Of a stretch of DNA of 64,000 nt, positions 10,370 through 19,256 are shown one piece after another. Position 1 is the stretch's first letter. Each line of letters starts with the position of its first letter. Under the pieces are notes generated by a model. That model had not been told where the DNA came from and did no database searches. It was given only the letters and a program-made list of their open reading frames with translations. Source of the DNA: a virus (taxonomy: Duplodnaviria; Heunggongvirae; Uroviricota; Caudoviricetes); the IMG/VR virus record IMGVR_UViG_3300015615_000629, positions 64,001 through 128,000 of that record, one strand, 5' to 3'. The position numbers and the translations under genes were made by a program.

Positions 10370-10421
10370 AAAGGTTAATTCTGTGCTTTGACTTGTGGGT
10401 TCTTCCGCAAGTTGGCACAAG

Positions 10422-10703
10422 TCATATGGTAACTTCTTTTAATAAAGAAATCAATTCATCATGGTTCAAATTCCGCTCTACAACATGAAAATTTAGAAAA
10501 TCAAATTCTGAGTCGGATATTCCGCAGCGAGATGTAAGAGATATTTTATCTTCTAATTTCCAACGGCGTATAAGCCATGCGGTTGCTAAAACCAAGTTTC
10601 TAGAAGAAGTATCAAATACAGAAGGACAATTCTCACAAGATGTAATACCATCTTTTAAAGGCAACTTTAGTTTAAAGCCGCAATTGGGGCAAAAATATAT
10701 CAC
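10422..10703 (-). CDS. Zinc-ribbon protein
   Basis: CPNC...CENC. Confidence 0.6.
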   Translation of the reverse strand: MIYFCPNCGFKLKLPLKDGITSCENCPSVFDTSSRNLVLATAWLIRRWKLEDKISLTSRCGISDSEFDFLNFHVVERNLNHDELISLLKEVTI

Positions 10704-10782
10704 ACTACTATTTATGAATTACGTTATAGAGTATTTTATCCAAAAATAAATTTAATCACTATTGGTTGAATCGGAAACATTT

Positions 10783-11112
10783 TCACTTATTCAGGTACAG
10801 ATGAATTGGCAAAACTAAAGTTTTGTCCGGTTCATCTAAAATTACAGAAACCAGCCCTGGTTTGACAATTAAATGAACCATTAGATTTTTTGCTCTATTC
10901 GGCTCATTCCATTTTTGTTTAGCTTCAACATTTTGATAAACAAAAACTTCGTCATCTGTAACATGTTCGCAAAACGCTTCGGGCCAATACGATTTAACAG
11001 CCCTGATGGCTTCTTTTAAGGGCTCAGCCTCTTGGGTTGGCAGGTCATATTTGTAAAGCGGATCGGTTGGGGGCGGCGTGCAAGGCGTTGCGGGTCTGAT
11101 CGGAAGTTTCAT
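10783..11112 (-). CDS. Hypothetical protein
   Basis: 109 aa ORF with SD GGAG. Confidence 0.55.
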   Translation of the reverse strand: MKLPIRPATPCTPPPTDPLYKYDLPTQEAEPLKEAIRAVKSYWPEAFCEHVTDDEVFVYQNVEAKQKWNEPNRAKNLMVHLIVKPGLVSVILDEPDKTLVLPIHLYLNK

Positions 11113-11123
11113 TCAATTTCTCC

Positions 11124-11162
11124 AAAAAAAATACCTTGTGGAGCCGAAACCCCACAAGGTAT
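11124..11162 (-). terminator. Intrinsic terminator after the ParB-like gene
   Basis: ATACCTTGTGG...CCACAAGGTAT hairpin plus T-run. Confidence 0.7.
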
Positions 11163-11191
11163 CCCAAGGCCAAGGTGCCTTCTCACAGATG

Positions 11192-12343
11192 TTATTCCAC
11201 AGAACGAGCGTGTTTGCGAAGAATCTTGCGAATGTCCTCCTCCGCACGCTCGATACCTTCCAAAACAGCCTTCGTGAGCTTCAGGTCGTTCAACTGAATG
11301 CCGTCGGGAAGGCCATCGCCAGCAGTGTCGAGAATCTTTTGAATTGGAGCAAGATAAAGTTTGCTAATCTTGTTCCAAGTCAAGGGCTTCGCCCCATTCT
11401 CGGCATTACGGACATCTTTGCTGGTTACGCGAGCCTTGGCCGGCACCGCAGCCAATTCCTCAGCCTTCTTGTCAACCGCAGCCGAACGGTCGGCCATTTC
11501 TTTCTTGGCCGACGCAACATCGCCACCGGTCAATTCGGCTTCCACAGCGGCAGCCTTGGAAAGAGACAGTTTATCTCTGGCTTTTTCCAATTGAACCTTG
11601 GCCCGCTGGCGAATCCCATCCAACCGAACAGCCGCATGCTTGGTGGCATCCTCCAACTTTTGGAGCCGTTCTTCAACGTCAGTAATTTTACTGAATTCCA
11701 AGGCAGCCGTTCGATTAATCTCGTCGCGGCATAGAGAATCAAAAGTCTTTTCGTCCAAAGCGATTAGAGCATCGGTATCACGGAGCCAAGTGATGCTCAT
11801 GTTGGTGACGTTCAAAATAGTGTCGTCGTTAACGCCCTTCTCACGAAGGTAGCGAACGAGAACGATTGTGGCAGCGTCACCAATCGGTTTGCTAGTGTCG
11901 TTGCCCGTGTAAGCATATTTAAATGCATCGAGCACGGCCATGTTGGGATAAACGGTCATGGGAACTTCGGCGTAAAGTTCTATCGCCGGAACCCAATCCT
12001 GCTTCATGCGATCCCAACATAAAACATTGTCAGAACGCAACTTATCAATGCAGCGGTAACGGCGTTCACCATCGACCAACTGCAAATCGGAGGATTCTAT
12101 CAGTCGGCCTTCCAACGGCTGGCGAAGCCCTTCCGTGCGAATCGCTTCCCGCAATTCATCCATTTCTTCTTTGGTGAAGCCACGGGCAATTTGCTCACCG
12201 GCAAGAATGTTGCGAGGATTCCCGAAGCACAATTCGGCATCGGTGTCGAAATCGCCCTCTGGGAGCTTAATTTTCTCAAAATTGACTCGATACAAATCTC
12301 TATCAATATGAGTGACGCCTTCGATTTGCAATTCAGTTTGCAT
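11192..12343 (-). CDS. ParB/Srx N-terminal domain protein with C-terminal coiled coil
   Basis: NPR, ELREAIRTEGLRQPL, LVDGERRYR. Start set at MQTELQ. Confidence 0.8.
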   Translation of the reverse strand: MQTELQIEGVTHIDRDLYRVNFEKIKLPEGDFDTDAELCFGNPRNILAGEQIARGFTKEEMDELREAIRTEGLRQPLEGRLIESSDLQLVDGERRYRCIDKLRSDNVLCWDRMKQDWVPAIELYAEVPMTVYPNMAVLDAFKYAYTGNDTSKPIGDAATIVLVRYLREKGVNDDTILNVTNMSITWLRDTDALIALDEKTFDSLCRDEINRTAALEFSKITDVEERLQKLEDATKHAAVRLDGIRQRAKVQLEKARDKLSLSKAAAVEAELTGGDVASAKKEMADRSAAVDKKAEELAAVPAKARVTSKDVRNAENGAKPLTWNKISKLYLAPIQKILDTAGDGLPDGIQLNDLKLTKAVLEGIERAEEDIRKILRKHARSVE

Positions 12344-12424
12344 TATTTCTGGCCTCTTGTTTTGAAAACAACCCCTGGAAAACCGAAAACTAGCAAACGC
12401 CAGTTTGTGTGTCAACCCATGTTT

Positions 12425-13024
12425 TTACAGTCGGCGGCAACGTATTAGCCAAGGAACCTCATATTCCTTTGTGCCAAAATTATCCAGCACAGAATTTCTT
12501 TTCCTAAGCACCAATCCTTCAAGGACTTCCGTTCCGGCTGCTTTTTTGTAAAGATTTTCAAAATCGGAGCCAAAAACTTCGGCAACATAGATGTGTTCAG
12601 TGGCTTTATAGGCAATATCACCTACAGAGTATTCGCCACAAATTTCAAAAAGTTGCCGCAACCGCTCCATTTGATTGACTCGGAACAGATACTTTCCGGC
12701 AAACAAAATGTCATAAAGAACAATTTTGTCTCTGAATCTTGGGTCTGTTAAACGACCGTAAAAAGATTCACCATCAAGCCAATACTCGGTATCCGGTTTA
12801 AACTTAAAAGTAGAAAATTCTACTTTTAGTTGTGGCTCATTACTTAATCGAAGCAAGCCACCATGCCGATTGAAAAATTCGATTTTTCCATTTGGCAAGA
12901 TGTGGACTAATGCCCGATGGCCATTAAACTTGTTCTGTGCAACCCAATCTCCGGTTGCATCGTATTTGGCCAGTTGGCCGGGTGGGAGATTGCCTTTAGG
13001 GCGGGGCGGAAAGATGAATTTCAC
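12425..13024 (-). CDS. ATP-dependent ligase adenylation-domain protein (minimal DNA ligase-like)
   Basis: KFNGHR, WLDGE, LYDIL, EGLVLR. Confidence 0.75.
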   Translation of the reverse strand: MKFIFPPRPKGNLPPGQLAKYDATGDWVAQNKFNGHRALVHILPNGKIEFFNRHGGLLRLSNEPQLKVEFSTFKFKPDTEYWLDGESFYGRLTDPRFRDKIVLYDILFAGKYLFRVNQMERLRQLFEICGEYSVGDIAYKATEHIYVAEVFGSDFENLYKKAAGTEVLEGLVLRKRNSVLDNFGTKEYEVPWLIRCRRL

Positions 13025-13225
13025 TTAACGGCTTTCAATTTTTTCAACAGGCTTTTTAGCCTCTTTGGCTTTAATCTGTTGATAGATTTCGTCGCGGTGA
13101 ACAGGAACATCGCTTGGAGCAGTAATCCCCAACCTTACCTTGTCACCGACAATTTGAACTACGGTAATTTCAATATTGTCGCCGATACGAATGACTTCAT
13201 CACGCTTCCGAGATAATACAAGCAT
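13025..13225 (-). CDS. csrA: Carbon storage regulator CsrA/RsmA
   Basis: MLVLSRK.DE.I.IGDNIEITVV...VRLGITAP.DVPVHR.EIY. Confidence 0.95.
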   Translation of the reverse strand: MLVLSRKRDEVIRIGDNIEITVVQIVGDKVRLGITAPSDVPVHRDEIYQQIKAKEAKKPVEKIESR

Positions 13226-13257
13226 GTCACACTCCGTTGCTGTGGCTAAACGGCTAT

Positions 13258-13285
13258 ATCATAGCACGCAGATGCCCTTTGTCAA
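13258..13285 (-). promoter_or_regulatory. sigma70-type promoter for csrA
   Basis: TTGACA-N16-TATGAT with extended -10 (GTGC). Confidence 0.75.
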
Positions 13286-13290
13286 GGCGT

Positions 13291-13833
13291 TTAATAGGTA
13301 ACTTGGGGAAGGTTGGCAAGGTCTATGATTGAATCCGCCTCAATCGCCAGCGAACTAGAAATCTGGTTTTCAAAAAATGCGATATCGACCCTTAATCCAT
13401 AATCCTCTCTCAACCTATTAACCGTCCTGGCATAATTTGTAAACCCCGACACTAAAACATATTTATCGTAACGAGTAGCCAACCTGACCATATCGTATAT
13501 TATTTCACAAGTCACATTGGCCCGATCTTCCTCGTCTACCTCAAAACCATTCATTATAAAGCCGGCCTTGCTATCAAGGAAATCATAAAGAACAGGATCA
13601 GCACCGTAATGATAGGTATAATAGAACCTAACGTCCGAAGTTCTTCCCTGGGCAATGAATTCCTGCAACTTAAGATAATCCGGCTTTAGGTTGTTCGCCC
13701 TTACAGAATGAAATAAACTTAAATTATCGATAAATATACAAATCTTTTCCTTTTTTCGCTGTAGGCGAGTAAGGGTTTGAATGGCTGCCAACACTCCGTT
13801 TGAATCGTTCCTCAACTTCTCGTTGTCAAGCAT
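13291..13833 (-). CDS. NYN (LabA/PIN-like) domain protein, possibly catalytically degenerate
   Basis: IFIDNLSL, YVLVSG, EADSIIDL. The usual GVD/SGD acidic residues are altered. Confidence 0.65.
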   Translation of the reverse strand: MLDNEKLRNDSNGVLAAIQTLTRLQRKKEKICIFIDNLSLFHSVRANNLKPDYLKLQEFIAQGRTSDVRFYYTYHYGADPVLYDFLDSKAGFIMNGFEVDEEDRANVTCEIIYDMVRLATRYDKYVLVSGFTNYARTVNRLREDYGLRVDIAFFENQISSSLAIEADSIIDLANLPQVTY

Positions 13834-13878
13834 GCTCTACTTCTAAAAACTAAAAATGTGAATTCAGAAACCGAACAA

Positions 13879-13906
13879 ATACTAGCACAACAACCCCGAT
13901 TGTCAA
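13879..13906 (-). promoter_or_regulatory. sigma70-type promoter
   Basis: TTGACA-N16-TAGTAT with GTGC before the -10. Confidence 0.6.
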
Positions 13907-14144
13907 CTGACTGCTCTTTTCTGTTTTTGTAACTCTTTGAACACAAAGGACTTATACATTTTGAAATCCGAAGAACTAAATATTGTAACAAGGAGGTAAA
14001 AATGCGTTGTCGAAAATCGGATGGAACCTACACAACTGTTAGTTGGCGATTCTTCTATGTGTCTTGCCCAAGGATAAATGTACTTTGCAACACAAAGTCT
14101 GGAGCATGGGTAGCAGCGATTACAGTTTGTAATCAATCTTTATT

Positions 14145-14537
14145 TTAAGCCTCACCAACAACACCAATTATTGTAAAATTTGGTATGGGGGCAAATTCCG
14201 TAAAGTGTTTACTATCAGCGGGTTTGCCCCCATTTTGTCTATTTACTGCTATAGTAATGTGCTTAAATTCATTCATACTAGGAGCTTCTGTCTCTACAGC
14301 AGCTGCAATTACTTTATCATTTGCAGCAACTCCTTTAACCACTATTTGGAATTCCTTCCCCATTAAATCCGGAGTTTTGCAAGAGCCTAAATTCATAGTC
14401 ATATGACTAGCAATAATTTCCCATCCTTGGGGGATGTGTTGCCAGAAATGGCCAAGCAACAAATACTTGTTTTTGTCGTCTAAAATCAACCCACAATAAG
14501 AAATGTGGTTTCTCAAAGCAAATTCCCTAAATCTCAT
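14145..14537 (-). CDS. 2H phosphoesterase (cyclic phosphodiesterase, RNA-repair type)
   Basis: Two HxT motifs (SHMTM, KHITI), GGKPADS. Confidence 0.75.
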   Translation of the reverse strand: MRFREFALRNHISYCGLILDDKNKYLLLGHFWQHIPQGWEIIASHMTMNLGSCKTPDLMGKEFQIVVKGVAANDKVIAAAVETEAPSMNEFKHITIAVNRQNGGKPADSKHFTEFAPIPNFTIIGVVGEA

Positions 14538-14540
14538 GTC

Positions 14541-15317
14541 CTATTTATTATAGAGCAGCTTTAAATCACGCAGACAAAGGTCGCGATTCCCCTCAATGAT
14601 ATTTTTGATTTCTGGATTTTCCTTACATACTTCGCCTATTGTAGCACCTCCCTCATGCCGAATCCAACTACGTCCACAAATCGCTTGCCCATATCCAAAC
14701 TTTTTCATCCGATAGGCTAGCTCTTCATCTTCATAACCTCCATAAGGATAAGGCTTTATGAAACCTTGTATTTTGGAAAACAACTCTCTTCTAGCCATTG
14801 CACAATATAAGGGAAGATAGCCTTCAGTGAGAATTATATCTTCGCTAAATTCGTTTTTATTGCTACGAAGTTGTTTAATTGCTCCATCGCCTGGATTATC
14901 GGTCTTGGCAGAGACTAATCCAATATTTTGTTTCTTCAATTTCAATAGAGATTTTCCTAATTCAATCATCCAATTTTTATCTTCAACAAGGCAATCGGAA
15001 TGCATAAACATAACATATGGTTGCTTTGTGGCTTTGAATCCTTCAAACAACGCACCACCAAATCCTAATCGTTCATTGTTTCTTACGGTTTTAATTTGTG
15101 GAGCATCTTTTAAACTCTTAATAAACTCTTCATTTGGAGAACAATCGTCTACTAGTGTTATCTGATAAGGATTGCTGACAACCGAATAAACAATACTGCG
15201 TGCTAGTCGAATTACCTTATTGTAATTTTTGTAAAATGGGATAATGATGTCCACTGGCGATCTGGAGAATTCAGACACTCTGATTGGCTTTGCTTTAATT
15301 TCCGTCTTCATACACAA
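14541..15317 (-). CDS. Glycosyltransferase family 2
   Basis: DIIIPFY, LVDDCS, FMHSD, YEDEE. Confidence 0.85.
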   Translation of the reverse strand: MCMKTEIKAKPIRVSEFSRSPVDIIIPFYKNYNKVIRLARSIVYSVVSNPYQITLVDDCSPNEEFIKSLKDAPQIKTVRNNERLGFGGALFEGFKATKQPYVMFMHSDCLVEDKNWMIELGKSLLKLKKQNIGLVSAKTDNPGDGAIKQLRSNKNEFSEDIILTEGYLPLYCAMARRELFSKIQGFIKPYPYGGYEDEELAYRMKKFGYGQAICGRSWIRHEGGATIGEVCKENPEIKNIIEGNRDLCLRDLKLLYNK

Positions 15318-15756
15318 CTTTTCCTATTTTTTGAATTTCTTCTCTTATGGCTTCGTAATCAAGTTCAGAGAAAAAGCAAATTTTCGCATTAATTCTCTCT
15401 TTTTCATTAAACAATAATGATTTTTCGAAACGATATTGGTGTTTTGGCTCAAACCTGTCTGAAATTATAAAAAGATATTTTTTAAGGTCTTCGCTTTCAT
15501 TTTGCATTAAGCATAAGGATTTTCTAATACCGTGATTAATATCGAAATCGTAATAATCTTGATAATTTGCTAATTGAAATACCGATTTCCCGACCCAACG
15601 TGGGATTTCATCGTGATCTGGGTGATAAATATACCACCTTTGGTCAGTATGGCAGCCGCGAATCGCTTCTATCAAGACATTTTTTAAAGGAACTACATCA
15701 CGAACATCTATTACGATAGAAGCAACAGTTTCATTAAACAATTCAATTGGTTGCAT
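15295..15756 (-). CDS. Hypothetical protein in the glycosylation cluster
   Basis: 153 aa ORF overlapping its neighbours. Confidence 0.5.
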   Translation of the reverse strand: MQPIELFNETVASIVIDVRDVVPLKNVLIEAIRGCHTDQRWYIYHPDHDEIPRWVGKSVFQLANYQDYYDFDINHGIRKSLCLMQNESEDLKKYLFIISDRFEPKHQYRFEKSLLFNEKERINAKICFFSELDYEAIREEIQKIGKVVYEDGN

Positions 15757-16543
15757 TTCGCTTCCTTTTTAATCTGTCGAACTTCCTGATTGGATTGTCG
15801 AAATGCTTTGCCGGATGAACTATACAGGTTTCGGTGTAATTTTCTGTTATTTCCTCCTTCCAACGAATAGGATATTTACGGAAATTACCAGACCAATCAT
15901 TGAAAGCATCGTTCCATCTCGACAAGCTCTTTAATTTTCCACCAAAATGAACAGCCAAAGTTGGTAACAAATTCTCAATAAGGTCATAACCGCCTTGTCT
16001 TATCAACCCAGGAAAAAAACCAGCGTCAAAGAAATTGGTTTTTTGAATAAATTGATCGAAAAACCTTTCTTCTAACACCCTCATGAAATCATTTTTTATA
16101 AAAAAACAACACCCGAGCATATAATGTCCGGATTTAATCTCTTCCCCAAGCATCCGCTCTACTAGGGGAAACTTCATCTTGTGTTCCCTTAAATTAGTCC
16201 CAATCAGCCATTCTCCTGTCAGGTCTTCCCAAAACTCGTCAGAAGTAAAAAGAGCATCATATTCACAATAACAATAATACTCTGCGTCGGGGAAGATTTT
16301 GCCCAATGCTTTTAAGCCAATAACAACATTTCTATAGGGGTTTTTATGATATCCATGTATGACACCGCATATCTTGTAGCAGGGCAATTTTACAGATTTT
16401 CCCCAATTGTCCCAATTGGCACCGTCTACAATAGCCAATATTTGATCAGTTGCATAATACTTCATGGAATCAATAGTATCGAGAACTACATCCGTATTTC
16501 CATGAACCCCCATGCAAATCGCTAATTTCTTAGATTCTAACAC
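15743..16543 (-). CDS. Putative GT-A fold glycosyltransferase
   Basis: AIVDG, CYCEYD (DxD-like), IVHPAK. Confidence 0.55.
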   Translation of the reverse strand: MLESKKLAICMGVHGNTDVVLDTIDSMKYYATDQILAIVDGANWDNWGKSVKLPCYKICGVIHGYHKNPYRNVVIGLKALGKIFPDAEYYCYCEYDALFTSDEFWEDLTGEWLIGTNLREHKMKFPLVERMLGEEIKSGHYMLGCCFFIKNDFMRVLEERFFDQFIQKTNFFDAGFFPGLIRQGGYDLIENLLPTLAVHFGGKLKSLSRWNDAFNDWSGNFRKYPIRWKEEITENYTETCIVHPAKHFDNPIRKFDRLKRKRNATN

Positions 16544-16557
16544 TATTTAATAAAGTA

Positions 16558-17433
16558 ATGGATAAACAAGAAAAAATAATCAAAGTTTTGATGCATGTTA
16601 AGCAAATTCTCGAAATTATCATACCCGATGAAGTTGAAGCAGTTGCCGAACCAATCGACCCTTTAAAATACTTCACAGATTTGAGATTCTTACTCAATTC
16701 CGGTGAATGGCCAACCGCTGTAAATCCAGAAACAATAGTTGATAGATCCTCGGACGCCGAGAAAACAGAAAGAGCGGAAGGAATCATCGAAGTTATGAAC
16801 CTTCCGGATATGAAAGAACTTAAATTTCTAGATTTCGGTTGTGGCGAAGGACACGTTGCTAAGAAAGTAGCAGAAACTGCCAAAATGGCAGTTGGATACG
16901 ATTTAAAATCCAATTTTATACAAGACACGACAGAAAATTTACTTTTCACCACTAACTTTGAAGAAGTCGCCAAATCGGCCCCCTACGACATTATATTAAT
17001 TTACGATGTGTTAGACCACTGTGATGACCCTATTTCTATTTTAAATAATTGTAAAAGCGTTCTAGGGCCTTCTGGAAGGGTGTTTGTCCGCTGCCATCCG
17101 TGGTGTTCACGACATGGAGGGCATCTTTATTTAGAATCCAATCATGCCTTTGCTCATTTGGTGTTTACCGAAGAAGAATTGCAAAAAATGGGTTTGCATG
17201 TGGATTGCAAGCAAAAAGTATTGTTCCCAGGAAAGACATACAGCGATTGGTTTAACGAAACAAACTTCAAAATAGATAAATCAAGTGTAGAAACTACAAA
17301 TGTAGAAGGATATTTTGTTCAACAACTTTTAGTTAAAAATCGAATATTAGAAATATACAGACAAAAAAATGGGTTTCCAACAAAACAACTACAACAGGAT
17401 TTCAGGGATTATGTTCTCGTATTGCCCTCTTAA
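16558..17433 (+). CDS. Class I SAM-dependent methyltransferase
   Basis: LDFGCGEG, YDVLDHCDDP, HPWCSRHGGH. Confidence 0.85.
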   Translation: MDKQEKIIKVLMHVKQILEIIIPDEVEAVAEPIDPLKYFTDLRFLLNSGEWPTAVNPETIVDRSSDAEKTERAEGIIEVMNLPDMKELKFLDFGCGEGHVAKKVAETAKMAVGYDLKSNFIQDTTENLLFTTNFEEVAKSAPYDIILIYDVLDHCDDPISILNNCKSVLGPSGRVFVRCHPWCSRHGGHLYLESNHAFAHLVFTEEELQKMGLHVDCKQKVLFPGKTYSDWFNETNFKIDKSSVETTNVEGYFVQQLLVKNRILEIYRQKNGFPTKQLQQDFRDYVLVLPS

Positions 17434-18051
17434 ATATTCTTTAAGTTCACTTTTTAACTCCGAATTGACCGTTTCCCATTTGAATAATTTCTTTTTTCTA
17501 GTATTGCATTTTTTGTCACAAAACATTGTTTCGCTTGGACTTATATCTAATTTCTTTAATAAAAGTTCTATATTGTCCTCAATTTTGTGGGTTATATGTG
17601 AATATGGGTCAATCATTTTGTTCCATTCAATATAATATCTGAGGCCACGCTCTACAGGAGAGGATTCACCCCAAACCTCTGGCTTGTGTGAAAATATAAA
17701 TTTTTCCCATTTATTCTTTGGTTCCTTGTGTTTAAAATAACCGAAGGCAAATACAAAGGAAGAAACTACATCTAATGGGTTTCGTGTTAATTTGATTATT
17801 GTTGTATTTTTTAAGATTTCGTGACTCAGATAAGGAGCAGCCATATAGCTAGAATCTGCCACTACTTTTCTTGGAATGAATCCCCATTTCTCATGTTTTA
17901 CAGATATAGGACTGGTTTGAGGGCGTGAGACGATACCTTTGAGAGTAAAAACAGATTCATGCCCACACATATAACCGAGACTGGTCATAAGCCTAGCACA
18001 ATAGACGGTTCCACAGCGACCGGTTCCAGTAAAGAGATATTTTAATTCCAT
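17389..18051 (-). CDS. Sulfotransferase-like protein
   Basis: FTGTGRCGT (5'-PSB loop), GHE, LTRNPLDVVSS (3'-PB). Confidence 0.75.
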   Translation of the reverse strand: MELKYLFTGTGRCGTVYCARLMTSLGYMCGHESVFTLKGIVSRPQTSPISVKHEKWGFIPRKVVADSSYMAAPYLSHEILKNTTIIKLTRNPLDVVSSFVFAFGYFKHKEPKNKWEKFIFSHKPEVWGESSPVERGLRYYIEWNKMIDPYSHITHKIEDNIELLLKKLDISPSETMFCDKKCNTRKKKLFKWETVNSELKSELKEYLRGQYENIIPEILL

Positions 18052-19021
18052 GAATTATCCAATAATTGTATTTCCGTCAATAAGAGAAGAAAATGCCAAT
18101 AAATTTATATCTCAATGGCCAGAACATACAGAAATAGTCTGTATTGAGGACAATCCAACCAAAACCTTTAAATTAAGAGAAGACATATATCATTTCGCTT
18201 GGGATGATATTGAAGAAGAACTAGGTGATTATTCTTGGATATTCTCTAAAAGAGACGCCGCTATAAAATGTTTTGGGTTCTTTCAGGCTTATACTTTAGG
18301 TGCTAGTCACATTATAAGCCTGGATGATGATTGCCTGCCACTATCTGGAAATTTTATAAACCAACACATTGAATATTTAGAAAATCAGCCTGTTTGGATT
18401 GATTCTATTCCGCACTTAAGAACTAGAGGAAAACCTTTTAGAAACCTTGGAAATCTACATGGCGTGGTAGTGAATATGGGATTATGGGAAAACCATGCGG
18501 ATCTGTCTGCTGTAGATCAATTAAGAGAAAACCATTCCTATTTCTTTGTTTCTTCAGAACTCGAAGATTCCAGAGTTATGCCTTATGGGCAATATTTTCC
18601 TTTTTGCGGCATGAATTTTTGTTTCCGACGAGAAGCAACCCCATTAATGTATTTCCCTTTAATGGGACAGGATCAACCCTATAGTCGATTTGACGACATA
18701 TGGGCAGGAATTGTAATCAAAAAGATACTAGATCATTTAGGATTATTTATTACTGTGGGGCGTCCGATTGTGAATCACGAAAAGGCTTCTGACCCAATTA
18801 AGAATCTGGTAAAGGAAGCACCAGGAATTGAGATGAATGAAACCTTTTGGGAAATAATTGATGCTATCAAATTGGAGACAGAATGGACACCCGGCTATGA
18901 AAATATTCAGGAAGCATCAAAAAAGTGCATGTTAGAGATTGGAAATGGGTTGCTAAAGACAGATAATGCTTATCTTAAAAAGATTGGCTTGGCTATGAAA
19001 TTGTGGGTTGAGCTATTTTAG
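18050..19021 (+). CDS. Reversibly glycosylated polypeptide / UDP-arabinopyranose mutase (GT75)-like protein
   Basis: KCFGF, LDDDC, GLW...DL.A, PFCGMNFCF, RFDDIWAG..IKKILDHLG, HEKASDPIKNLVKE. Confidence 0.8.
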   Translation: MNYPIIVFPSIREENANKFISQWPEHTEIVCIEDNPTKTFKLREDIYHFAWDDIEEELGDYSWIFSKRDAAIKCFGFFQAYTLGASHIISLDDDCLPLSGNFINQHIEYLENQPVWIDSIPHLRTRGKPFRNLGNLHGVVVNMGLWENHADLSAVDQLRENHSYFFVSSELEDSRVMPYGQYFPFCGMNFCFRREATPLMYFPLMGQDQPYSRFDDIWAGIVIKKILDHLGLFITVGRPIVNHEKASDPIKNLVKEAPGIEMNETFWEIIDAIKLETEWTPGYENIQEASKKCMLEIGNGLLKTDNAYLKKIGLAMKLWVELF

Positions 19022-19031
19022 CCCTATCTTT

Positions 19032-19256
19032 TTAGGATTCACACTTGGACGGCTTTCTTGTAATTTCCATTTTCCAACCTAAAGCGACTAACTCTTCCAG
19101 AGTAATTTTTTTCCTAACTCCATGATCTAAAAAAGTAATCCCAGAATCTTCCATTGAAATAATTGGCAAAGTTTCATTGCCATCCTGGTCTTTTTTTATA
19201 CGAAGTATAATATCAGATGATTCTTTCGGTCGCCAAGGCCAGCATGTTAAAGTCAT
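19032..19256 (-). CDS. Hypothetical protein
   Basis: 74 aa ORF coupled to the helicase stop codon. Confidence 0.45.
   Translation of the reverse strand: MTLTCWPWRPKESSDIILRIKKDQDGNETLPIISMEDSGITFLDHGVRKKITLEELVALGWKMEITRKPSKCES

Noticed and set aside
10346-10382. 18-bp tandem duplication GCCATAAAGGTTAATTCT at the kinase start
   Set aside because: Only two copies and the kinase frame is intact. It is probably a local duplication with no evident function.
9240-11734. Long plus-strand ORFs 9240-9806 and 11078-11734
   Set aside because: They are antisense shadows of GC-richer minus-strand genes and show no motifs.
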